A DNA stretch of 61,574 nt, filler included, from Hausera hauseri (taxonomy: Eukaryota): the NCBI GenBank assembly GCA_046269625.1. It is 12 parts of 12 records of this genome, joined end to end, with 100 filler letters (N's around TTAATTAATTAA, not from the genome) between each part and the next. Parts side by side here need not be neighbours in the genome. Positions count along the whole stretch, not along the records: positions 11,390 to 15,967 come from JBJURY010520347.1; positions 16,068 to 20,628 come from JBJURY010527234.1; positions 20,729 to 25,339 come from JBJURY010505686.1; 9 more parts are not named here. One strand, written 5' to 3'. The notes under the pieces were generated by a model that was not told the DNA's origin, did no database searches, and saw nothing but the letters and a program-made list of their open reading frames with translations. A program made the translations under genes and the position numbers. Positions 12,841 through 23,899 of this stretch are shown here, in pieces. The stretch's first letter is position 1; each line of letters starts with the position of its first letter.

Positions 12841-13195
12841 ACTGTTCCGTAATAATTTGATACTGCTTTCGGCTGCTTAATGGTAGAAATTTTGTGCCCA
12901 TTTATGGTTATTTCCGGCGATGAAACGATATTTTCTGTTAGTTTCCTTAATTATCCTCTAGGGTATAAATTATTAGTCGCCGTCTGATTAACACGATCGT
13001 CGATGAGTGGTTCTTGCGATAGTATACCGGAGATTGAACATAGTTTCGGATTTTCCCAGATGGTTTGACTATTATCCCCTGATCGTTTTTTGTAAGTCCT
13101 TGGTTGATGACATTCATTTTCCGTAGTACTCAATAATGTTTTGTTTTTTCGTAAAGGTCTTTATAGTCAATAGGTCTTTGATAAACCTCTGATTT

Positions 13196-15242
13196 TTATG
13201 ACGTGATTGATCTTTTATCACAGTCTTCGTATACTGGTGCGGTTGGCGGCATAATAGGTAATGAGGCGTTAATCACTGAATACATCTTGTGTATCTTACC
13301 TCTGGAATTTCCTTCTCCTCCCTTAAGCTTGTCATCATGTGAATCATTCTTTCTTGTTACTGTTTTCTTATTTTCTCGTTTATACAAAACTGATGGTCTT
13401 CCTCCGTGTTTGCGATCATAGTATTTGATGTGGCGTTCTACGTCATTTTTCCATCGATTTTCTTCATAGGCCTTAAGCATCTTCCCAAACGGTGTGATAA
13501 TGGCAGTTAAAACTTTGCAAGAGAATCCTGTTAACGTGAATATTTCATATCCGTTTATAATGGCTTGAATTACTGCTTTGATTAACTGGACTAAAAAGTA
13601 GATAGCTAGAAATCCAAATGCGGCTTGTCCGAAAATTAAAAATCTCCCCCAAATCTTATACAATATTTCTGAAGTTACTCTTTATTAGTGATTAGCGCCG
13701 AGTAACGACTCCAATTTCGCTTGAAAGCGAGTGTCATCCATGACCATTGACATGGCCCGATTCAGTTCATAAGTTCGCTGTCGCGGAAATGCTAAAAATT
13801 GCCTAAAAGTTTCTGTCTTTTGGCCTACAAATTCCTTTATTAGCTGTATCTTCGAATTTATCTTCCGATAATCCTATGATTAGATTTGTCCCCGTTAGTT
13901 TACTAGGGGCCGCGGCCGTACCTTCATTTGGTAGACTTATCCGGTCGGTTCCACTGTGTCTAAACATTGGTGCCCACAGACTCGTCTTGCATTCCTTCAG
14001 TATTGTTGGTTCAGTCGAATTTGCCAATAATACTCTGGTGAGTGGCATTTCTAGCCTTGGTATATTCTCGTAAATGACCGGTAATTCTTGCATTCATCTT
14101 TTTCCTCTATGTTGATCGGCACGTCTTTTTTTCACATTCGTAAATTAATAGGACTTCTCCGGTAACCCGTCCAAAAACACCTTCTTTCATTGGTATAATC
14201 GGTGATGCCAATTTTGGGTTGGCATAAATTAAAGCCAGCTTGGTTCTCATGACTTCAGTTTCTAATCTGCAATCATTTGTTATCATTTGTAATATAGTTC
14301 CGCTATTCCGGTCTACCCTTTGTAATAGAAATATTTGTCTAGGTTTTTGAGGTAATCCTCGATCCGCACACCTTGTGTTTTTAAATCATACGTTTTCATA
14401 TCCATTTTAGTTTTCGCTACAAAAAATGCTTCGTAGTTAGTGGCATACATAACTACATCGCAGCGTGATAACATATCCTTTCCAATAAATTTTAACCCGT
14501 GCACATTTGATATTAATATCGTCGGTGTGGATTGTTCTATTACATCTTCCCTTGATCTGGTATTAGCATGTAATTTGCTCGAATAACGCTTTCCAGTGGT
14601 CTCATTAAATTTTAATTCTTTGATTTTGATAAAATTGCAATCCTTTTTAGAGGGTGGATTCCATACGATAACCGAACTTGGGAACGTGCAAGCACCATCA
14701 TGAATATGACATTTCTGATTTTTGGTGATTAGTTTGGTAAGGCTATGAAACATCGCTATTAATGATCTTAACTCGGTTTCGTAAAAATCTACGACTACTA
14801 TTCCTCCTTCTATTCCATTCCCTACATCATATACTCCTCCGACACAATAACCGTTGTGCATGTTCCATTTTCCCACTACCACTTTGTAGGCTCTAATTAT
14901 TTTTCATTCTTGGGCTTCCAATTGCCTGTCCACGTTCATTGGTATCAATTGTGTAATAGGTTTGATTATTGACGAATGGCCGTGAATGCTACCACAATGA
15001 AATATGCTGCGGGATCTACGTATCGTACATTCTGTTGCATCCATTGCGATTAACTCACGTTGTTGATATAGTATATATTTTTTCTCTATTGTCTGGAGCT
15101 TGTGGGGCCTCGCATCCTCACATGCTTCCAAGTCCATCAAGGAATATTTCTGTCCCACCTTGAATTTGTCACAGTCGTCTATTGTGACTGCTCCCATCTG
15201 CTTCACTAACATCATTATTATTAGTAGATTGATTAACCAATT
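13196..15242 (-). pseudogene. env: Chuvirus-type class III viral fusion glycoprotein (env-like)
   Basis: Signal NWLINLLIIMMLVKQMGA, then IDDC..YSLMDLEAC, ILYQQ, TECTIRRSRSIFHCGSIHGHSSI, GYCVGG, CHIHDGAC..VWNP..DC, NDCRLETEVMRTKLAL, VTGEVLLIYEC, QELPVIY, IWGRFLIFGQAAFGFLAIY..IINGY. This motif order is the one I recognise from chuvirus-derived glycoproteins. Confidence 0.85.
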
Positions 15243-15905
15243 TGATTCGTTTCCTTTCCTCGAAGAGATGTTTCGTACTATGTCCTCTAAGTTATTGATC
15301 CTTTTCGCATTGTCCTCTTTTTCGAATGGTTTAGCCCATTTTATTTCTTTAGGTACCCTTCTCGTCGCTTTCCTAGCTAACCAGATTGTCTTGTCGAACT
15401 CATTCTCTCGGAGAGGATTAGTTTTTACAGCTAAGTATATCAAAACTTTCCTTAATTCTTCCATCGTATTATCCATCATGATTCTACCAATTACTGTTTC
15501 TTCAATGAGAGTACTTTTAGATAATTTGAATCGCGATGTTTTCATTGTCCGCGCTATATTATATATTAGTCTTTCTTTTTCAGACAATGTATCACCTTGT
15601 AGTCCGGTATAATTGACTATTCTTATTAAATCTTTCATTAGTTCAACTAATTCTTCGTTATCTGAGCTCGGCGTGGGTACTGACAATAGTCTTAGTTCTC
15701 TGATCAAATCCGCATTATAGTCCACTTCTTTTATTGTCCTCAGTCTTCCGACCGGTCGTTTCGGTTTCGTTGACTGTAAGGTTTCACTTATAGGTACTAG
15801 ATTTTTATCGTATTGTGTTTTGTCATCATCCGTTTGCAAATATTCAAAGTACATTGCGGCGTCCTGAATCCCCATAATTCTTCCAACGCAATGTTCTGTA
15901 TGCAC
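15243..15905 (-). CDS. Unknown charged, helical domain in frame upstream of the glycoprotein signal peptide (possible Gag/matrix-like part)
   Basis: First about 220 aa of ORF 14904-15905, continuous with the signal peptide; no Zn knuckle visible. Confidence 0.5.
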
Positions 15906-16067
15906 CTTCCTTATGGCTTCGTCTTTGGTTTACTCACTAGCGATTATTGCTATTATTTGATTCTCTTNNNNNNNNNNNNNNNNNNNNNNNNNNNNNNNNN
16001 NNNNNNNNNNNTTAATTAATTAANNNNNNNNNNNNNNNNNNNNNNNNNNNNNNNNNNNNNNNNNNNN

Positions 16068-18895
16068 GCATACCATCAGATACCGGTAGCACCAGATGAC
16101 ATAGAAAAAACTGCCGTAACTACTCCTTTTGGCCTCTACGAATACCTATTTATGCCATTCGGTTTACGGAATGCTGCACAAACTTTTCAGAGGCACATCG
16201 ATTCAATCCTTGCAGATTTCTCGTTTGCACGGCCTTATATCGAAGATATTCTAATCGTTTCGTCTTCAGCCAAACAGCATGAAAAACACCTTCGCGCAAT
16301 ATTCCAACGCCTTCACCACCATAACCTACAGATTAACTTCGACAAACGCAACTTTTTCAAGAAACGCATTAATTTCTTAGGTCACTTCATCACACCAGAC
16401 GGTCATTCTCTACAATCAGACCGAATCGAAGCCCTTAAAAACATACAATTACCACGTACAACCACCGAAATGAGTAGCTTCCTTGGCACATTACACTTCG
16501 TGCATAAATACGTCCCGTACTGCTCAGAATTAACGGCTCCGTTCGCACACCTAAGCGTCGGTAAAAAACATCAGCCAATTTAGTGGACACCTGAATTGGT
16601 TGATAAATTCGACAGGCTAAGTGAAGGCCTCAAAAGTGTTGATATTCTTGCCTTTCCCAAGCCTGATGCAGAGCTCATCCTCACCACAGATGTGTCAACC
16701 ACTGCTGTAGGCGCTGTACTTCACCAGATCTACAAGGTAGAAAACCAACCCTTGGAATTCTTTTATCGCAAACTAACAATACCTGAAACAAAATATTCCA
16801 CGTTTGATCGAGAACTATTGTCAATCGTGCTCGCTCTAAAGCATTTTTCACACCTACTTGTCGCTCGCCATTTCACTTTGCAAACTGATCATAAGCCTTT
16901 ACTTAACATCATGACCATGAAACACTCTTCCACACGCCAAGAACGCCAAATATCATATTTGTCGACATTTAATTTCGATATTAAACATATAAACGGAGTT
17001 AACAATTTAGTTGCTGATTTTTTATCTAGGTCGGTTAGTTCGATAAGTTTTTCTCCCATTCTTACGCAAGAACAACTTCAACAGAACCAGCCACCTCCAG
17101 ACATGCTTAAGTCTTTTAAATCTTGCACAATTGTTGACAGCGTGGCTTTGGACACATCCAAATTAGGTCATTCAGTAATCATTCTAGCACCTTCCTTGCA
17201 CAGACAAGCATTTCGTCATGTACATTCACTACACCATCCTGGTGCTAAAGCCACTTTTCGTCTCCTCCATCGACAAGTAATGTGGCCATCAATGCGTTCC
17301 GATGTGCAGGCATGAGTTAAGGAGTGTGTGGCATGCCAAAAATACAAAACAACTAAGCATTTAAAGTCACGACTGTTCCACTTTCCCTGCACATCGCGTT
17401 TTCAGTCCATGCATATCGACATCGTTGGCCCTCTTCCTCCTGACAACGGTCATCAAATCATCTTCACCCTGATGGACCGTTCCTCGCGATGGCCAGAAGC
17501 CATCTCTCTGCGGAGCACAAACACCGACACCATAGCTGACGTTTTCATTCGCACATGGATTAGCATGTTTGGATCACCTCGTTTCATCATCACGGACCAG
17601 GGTCCACAGTTTGAATCCAACTTGTTCAAATTCTTTGTTAACCGACTGAGGATCCACCACATTCATACTACGCCTTATCACCCCCAATCGAATGGCCTCC
17701 TAGAACGTTTCCACCGTGCATTGAAAACGTTACTACGCATTCTCGCAGAGTCCAACAGTAGTTGGACCAATTTTCTTCCGTTCGTTCTGCTTGGCTGGAG
17801 GAACACTCCGTCAACTTCTACAATATGCTCGCCTAGTGAAGCATTATTCGGAGCTCCTGTCCGATCATTATTTTAACTAACCGCCCTAGACGACACTACC
17901 ACAGATGAGACTATACGGGCGGCGCAAAATCACTTCGTCAAAGTCAGCAAAGACTCGTTTTGCAGGATACTTCACAAAGATAAAACATACCTACCTGAAG
18001 ATTTGTACACTGCTAAATTGGTATTGCTGAAGAATCAAGCCCCTTGCGGTTTCCAGCCACGGTATCTAAGGCCCTATAAACTTATACAGCTCCACTCGCA
18101 TAACGCTATCATATCCAAAGACGGTAAAGACTGCACAGTACATTACCAACCTAAAGCCAGCTTTCCTTATCGACGACACTTTACCACCTGACACGCCAGC
18201 TTCCTTTCTTACTCCTCCACTCCCTGCTATCCCTACATCTATTACTATACCACTTCCACTTCCCTTTTCTGCGCCTAGTCTTGCTTCTTCATTGTCTACA
18301 CCTTTAACTTTTATTACTACCAATCTTCCTATCTCTACCACTCCTTCTGTATCATCTTCCTAGCCCACTCTTTCACTTAACACAATTCCAATATCTACTT
18401 CAACCTTTTCTACTCTTCCTTTATCCACCACTAAACTTTCCATTACTCCATCGTCTCCTAACACTTCTCAATATCTTTAACCCTCCGTCTTTAACACCCA
18501 CTCTTCCCCCTACACCTTCTTCACCTTCTTCATCTTCGCACAACAACACATACACCAAAACTTACCAATTTTTTCCCCAATCCCAATCTCTGCAAACAAA
18601 CACACTGCACAAACACACAACACGCAAAGTCACATTCAGCCAATATGGTAGGGAAAAATCAGTCGAAGGTATTCAACACCTTATACACACTAAGCTCAGC
18701 TAACACACACTTCGTTTTGCGCTTTTTTCTCTTTCTTTTACCCTTTACAGTTCCAGCTTTGCCACGGAGGGTGATGTAGTGCAGGCGCCGACTGTTGCCC
18801 TTTGGCCCATTTCGTTGGGCACGGCCAGGTTTTTCGCTGCCTGCGCGTCAGACGCATAGGCGGGCCCCGATTTTCTGCCTCGAGGCCGCACCATA
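16068..18895 (+). mobile_element. CsRn1-like Ty3/Gypsy 3' half: RT end, RNase H, integrase, PPT, 3' LTR
   Basis: MPFGLRNAAQTFQR; TTDVS..YSTFDRELL..TDHKPL; HHPG..CQ; HIDIVGP..TDQGPQFES..YHPQSNGLLERFHR. Confidence 0.95.
18775..18895 (+). repeat. Putative short (about 120 bp) GC-rich 3' LTR
   Basis: Follows PPT GGAGGGTGA; imperfect inverted termini TGTAGTGC...GCACCATA; abrupt return to AT-rich DNA afterwards. Confidence 0.6.
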
Positions 18896-19003
18896 CGATT
18901 GCGTCGTTAGACAGTCTTTACAAAACTATTGTTTTATAATTGCATGATAATCAATATTTGCTTAAAGATATTGAACTGAAAAGTATCGATACTAGTTCAA
19001 CAA

Positions 19004-20200
19004 ATGCGGATGTTTTACTGCGAACTAAGCGATATCGAATTATGCCATTGGATATTCGTTTCTCATCGCAAAACGATAGTATCCGAAGATGATATGGAAA
19101 AGGGATTCATCAATAAACGTTCCTTCAATCATATATCGACAAGACCATTTCAAGACCTTGGTATTTTAATGATGTTCAATCAGAAGGGCCATTCGTTGTG
19201 TGATCGATACCGCTACCATGCTTTCATTATCTATTGTCGATCAGATCGGATATGGGTAAAAGGATTGGGAAAACGTTTAGAATCACCGCCGTTGGAGTAC
19301 AAATGCTGCATTAAAACTCGAGATTATATTGCAGCACATTCGGAAATTCAGAAGATTAAGGATTTCATTAAAAATCTGTGGCCAATTTTGGAGAATCTTT
19401 TACTGAATGTGATTCATCCGAATTATCAAATAAACTCAAAGGTGACCGCAATTCGACTGGAAGATGTTTCCAGCGACAATCATCTGCCAGATATTCTTCG
19501 TAGTGTGAACATTTTGTATGCATTTGATGATCAATTCTGGCAGCTGCTTCCGATGACCTTACGGAAGGATTCGACTGCTACATATGGGTTAAGTAGTACC
19601 CCTTGGTATTTGATTTCACAAACAACTCCTCTTGTCAATGGTCAGATTCTTTATCCAATCAAAGTACAAATCGAAGGATTTTTTCGTCCTCATTATCTTA
19701 TCCAGATCGAGCCATCTCCTCACTCTGGAACATTACAGGAAAATGCCATCAGTAAACTTATAACAGATTATCTCTGAACACATTCTTGATTCTCTGCATT
19801 TGGTCGATTCCAATTTGACTTTGACTGATTCCGGTTTACCACATATTTATAGTTTTGTTTGCTGTATTTTGGCTTATTGGATTCCTTTCAGTCATTCTAA
19901 AATTGCCAGATTCTAAATCATATACATTGCCAATCCGTCCGTGCGCATTCATTCTACCAGCTATATTTCTCGTATGGCTGTTTATTTATCGTTGGAAATC
20001 TATGTAATGGAATAAGGAACAGAAAAGCCGACGGATATTTAATTTAACAATGTCACTAAATGCTAAACTATTTCAAATGAACGAAAGCATTATCGTTACA
20101 TCACAACGAAACAGAAAATGCAACATGATAGTTATATATGTCGTGTATTACTCCATATTTCAGAGCTCGGAAACAGTACATTACATATTGAATACTGTAA
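19004..20200 (+). pseudogene. TIR-domain protein followed by two predicted TM helices; intronless and disrupted
   Basis: YHAFIIYCRSDRIWVKGLGKRLESPPLEYKCCIKTRDY matches TIR box1/box2 (YDAFISY..D..WV...LE....C...RDF). Another frame at 19831-20004 gives IFIVLFAVFWLIGFLSVIL and AFILPAIFLVWLFIY. Confidence 0.75.
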
Positions 20201-20894
20201 AAAAGCGGAAATTTCCCAAATGAAGATGCTCGAGGCATTTATACTATCGAATCAAAACTGTCAATTTACTGTAATCGGTTTGCCTCTGCGATCAGTTGTG
20301 ACTAATGTTTTTTATTTCCTTGATGTTCTCATGTTCTTTCTCATTGCCTGTGCCGATAGTCTATTCTAAATACCGATCACCCATTGTCTGAACCGGTCTC
20401 GTCAAAGAACCCCTCTGGAATTAATAATCGAGGCTCAATGGGATCTTTATGATGAGTGCACTAAAGTCGATCACATTCTCTCACCGCATATCAATCATAA
20501 AAGTATACATTTGTTTGAATATTGTAAATATTAATTGAAAGATTGAGAATTTTTTAAATATATGGATTTTGTCAACCATTTTCCTTTTTAGATTATCAAA
20601 TATTAATTTTTTTCTGAATTTGTGCTCTNNNNNNNNNNNNNNNNNNNNNNNNNNNNNNNNNNNNNNNNNNNNTTAATTAATTAANNNNNNNNNNNNNNNN
20701 NNNNNNNNNNNNNNNNNNNNNNNNNNNNCCAGAAATCACTGGTAATGATACCCCTGACTGATTAAGGATTTTGGTTCATTTCCCCTGATCTCTGTGTAGC
20801 ATTGTTATGCATGTCTGGAAATAAAAACAAAAATGAGTAATCTGCCCAGAAAATCACATTTTTGTCAATTAATTTTATTGTGTTACTTCCACAG

Positions 20895-21062
20895 ACCCGC
20901 AAGCAACAGTCGAGGATTCAGGATGTCCTGTCAGGAGCCAATATAGATTATGAGCTCATTGATGTGTCTGCAAACAAGGAGGACTTGGCTAAGATGAGAA
21001 AGGTTGTGGGCGATGAACATGCCCTGGCACCTCAAATTGCCAATGGAGATGTTTATTGTGGG
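20895..21062 (+). CDS. SH3BGRL: Internal exon of an SH3BGR-like (thioredoxin-fold) gene
   Basis: Acceptor ttccacag and donor gtaagc flank a 168-nt phase 0/0 exon: TRKQQSRIQDVLSGANIDYELIDVSANKEDLAKMRKVVGDEHALAPQIANGDVYCG. Confidence 0.88.
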
Positions 21063-21578
21063 GTAAGCAGTCATCACCCGTTGTGAAATTCTCACAGAAA
21101 TTATGTATGATTTTTACATGTATTTAGCACAGATATGAAGTTATTGGTATTTTTAAATGTTAATAACTTATGGTGTATATGTGATAAAAATCATTTTGAA
21201 AAGCTCAGTCATACTGAAGGTATTGCATCTTTACGTAAAGTTGTAAATACTGTAATGTATCACCAAAGACCCATTTTAATACCATGCATGAACAAGGAGC
21301 GCCAGAGATATATATAGTCATTGATTGTACGTGTAAATGGCGATTAGGGTAAAGATAATTATACAATTCTACGATCAATATTGAACACAACCTTATCCAT
21401 CAACTTAGTAAGTTAAGTAGGATGCAGGCTATCTCGGTAGCTGTACCGTCCCTGATCTTAACCTTCAGACAAGTAAATAGTATTATATTATGTTCTTTAT
21501 ATGTTGGTATGTTCTGATTGAAGCCAAATTGTCACTGATCCTGTACATTACTAATCATAAGTATCCAAACATATAAAT

Positions 21579-21595
21579 TGGTGCTCCGAGTGAGG
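21579..21595 (+). promoter_or_regulatory. Primer-binding site (tRNA-Ile(UAU)-like) of an LTR element; probable 5' LTR at about 21326-21571
   Basis: TGGTGCTCCGAGTGAGG, close to the complement of the tRNA-Ile(UAU) 3' end (CCTCACCTGGAGCACCA); lies just after ...AAACA and before an ATG at 21638. Confidence 0.6.
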
Positions 21596-21679
21596 AAAAT
21601 CACTCGACAATTAAAGACTTGATCATCTAAATAAGTATGAATAGTGACTTTAGAAGTTTTGTATTAGGCAAAAGCCTAG

Positions 21680-22644
21680 TATAGGTCGCACAATACAATT
21701 ACTAAAATGCAGTCGATAAAACAACTGGTGAAAACGTGGGGAAACAACAACTTCAGATTAGAAGGTTTATTTTAAAAAATATAGGTTGACGGAGTGATCT
21801 CGACGTCGTGTGTAGGTGGAGTTGAACTCGACACCGTGTAAGACGTTGGCGGAGACGTCCTCGACGCCACATGGTATTTGGTTGAAGTTGTTTCGTTTGT
21901 TTTGAAACTACATTTGCGTGAACTTTATTTCAGTTGTCGTTGTCATCGTCACGGCCGCTGCTTTCGCTGTTTGGTTGTTTCGTTTTTGCGTCGCGTGTAG
22001 TCATCTGCAGAAAAGCTAAGTAAATATAATAAGAATGTTAAAGAAATTGATCAGGAAATTATTTGCGTTCATATCTGCATCCATTCGATTGAATTTGTAT
22101 TTGATATCTGATAGTCATGATGGGAATTACTGTTGACAAATGAACAGGTTTGTCCACAATGTGAAAACGATGAGGTGTTGATGACGGTACGACTGACAGA
22201 AATCGTGTGCTGATGAGCTGTCGTCAGTTGTGAGGAGACCACGTGACGTAGTCGAGCCGATAAACAAGTTCCATAACGAATTAATGAATGATGGGCTCAT
22301 CGTAATTTCAGTAATTGCCATCGTCAATGATCAGTATCGCTGGATCATCGAATAAATCGGAAAAGGTCGGTAGATTGTCCATTTTATTTGTTATCGGTAA
22401 TGATGACGATGTTGCAGCAACATCTGCGGCTGACGACGACTATGTCAACGATGCGGATTTGGTGAAGTTGTTGATTTCCCCTTTTATGAAAAGTTTTACT
22501 CTTCTGCTTATCTGTGGATTTAAACAAATGGGTTTAAATCCAGACTTTTGTTACTTATATTTTTGCGCGAATTCGAGATTTGTTTACTTTTGGAATTATT
22601 TTTTGTTTGTAAAGCAAAGCTTTACAATACTCCCCCGTTCTTTT
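21680..22644 (-). repeat. PPT plus putative 3' LTR of a minus-strand element nested in the preceding one
   Basis: Minus strand AAAAGAACGGGGGAG-TAT-TGTAAAG (LTR start 22626); AATAAA near 21770 followed by a GT-rich tract. The left boundary is approximate. Confidence 0.55.
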
Positions 22645-23493
22645 GAAGTGTCATGCTAATTTTGTTGGAGGATTTTTGGTAGGTATTTATTGCAACGTGT
22701 GGAGAATAATGTAAAAGTGCATAAATGAACATTTAAATTATTGTAACTACGGAGTTTAAACCTGTCGTATTCACCAAATTGTGTACCGAATATCCTCGAC
22801 CAATCCAGGTAGACTAAATTCCCAAATTTTCGTTTTGGCAAATGAAATAAATCGACTGTTGTATTTTTAATTAGCTTTTAATACAAATGTGAACCCTTTT
22901 GGCTAACTTTGGACAAAAATGAGGATCAAATTTAAGCTTATTTTACGCAACACATTAAATTTAACTCAGCTTCAACCACTACAAAATTGAATTTGAAATA
23001 AATTTAGCATTTTTGTAATATTTTAATTAGCCTGGTCTAAAAATCAGGAGTTATTGTTTTTGTATATATGAGGAAAGGTTTGGAAAGTTTAAATTCTTAA
23101 ATAGCCGATTAATGTATGTTTGAACGGGGAATAATGAATGAGTAGCGAATTGATTTTTTTGTTTAAGTCTTAAAGAATTGATGTACTTACTTACGGATTG
23201 ATGTACTCAGTTTTGCTGTCACTGAAATATTTATTCACTCACCATGTGTCTATTTCTTGCTAAAAGGAGAGTTATGGATGGGGTGACAATGGTTGTGGAA
23301 TTACTTGCTAACCGTGTCAAATTGAAGGCGATGTTTGATAGATTGTACGGCAAGTTTTTTTATGCGCCATGGTAGACGGTATTTTTGCGCGAGATATGTT
23401 TTTCAGTAAAGTGCTAGTGTTTGTCGATTTGGCACTTGAGTCAAGTTATTCTGTACGTTGCATGGTTGAATGCAGGGCACTCGCTGCCTATAA

Positions 23494-23550
23494 AAGACGG
23501 CATGAGTGAGTGTCAGTTTTGGCACTGTGGGTTTAATCCCCACCTGTTTT
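23494..23550 (+). ncRNA. 57-nt tRNA-like fold, copy 1
   Basis: Acceptor-like AAGACGG/CTGTTTT; stem GTGTCA-GTTT-TGGCAC; T-arm GTGGG-TTTAATC-CCCAC abutting the 3' acceptor strand. Confidence 0.55.
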
Positions 23551-23802
23551 GTTGCAGCGTTTGCGCTATGTGCAACCAGGCATTTGAGTGAATGGTATCG
23601 AGGTAGGCCGTGTCGATAAGTTTTGTGTGTCGATAGTTTAACGACGAAATTCGACCATAAGGGCGTTGCACACAACGCAACTTTGTAATGGGACAACTGC
23701 TGCGGGATGGCCGGCTAAGCGTTTTGAATCGATAAATGTTAGGCTTCTCAGCGAGTTCCCAATGCTTCGCCGGGTTGTGTGTGGCGTGCTTGTCGCTTAT
23801 TA

Positions 23803-23859
23803 AAAGCGGAATGAGCGAATGTCGACTTTGGCACTGTGGGTTCGATCCACACCTGCTTT
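23803..23859 (+). ncRNA. 57-nt tRNA-like fold, copy 2
   Basis: AAAGCGG/CTGCTTT; TGTCG-ACTT-TGGCA; GTGGG-TTCGATC-CACAC (canonical T-loop/B-box, one stem mismatch). Confidence 0.6.
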
Positions 23860-23899
23860 GATGCGACATTCACGCTGCATGCAATTGGGTTCTTTTTCT

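Larger units (their letters stand above)
11390..15967 (-). mobile_element. Degenerate Ty3/Gypsy retroelement, copy B of the env-before-pol family (leader, signal peptide, class III glycoprotein, PR, RT)
   Basis: Minus-strand order: unknown leader, hydrophobic signal peptide, Cys-patterned ectodomain, TM, linker, YALIDTGS (about 12780), RT with RFCIDY and YLDD. Confidence 0.93.

Noticed and set aside
23803-23859. Calling the folds true tRNA genes
   Set aside because: Only 57 nt, no D-arm, and a 4-nt loop where a 7-nt anticodon loop is needed.
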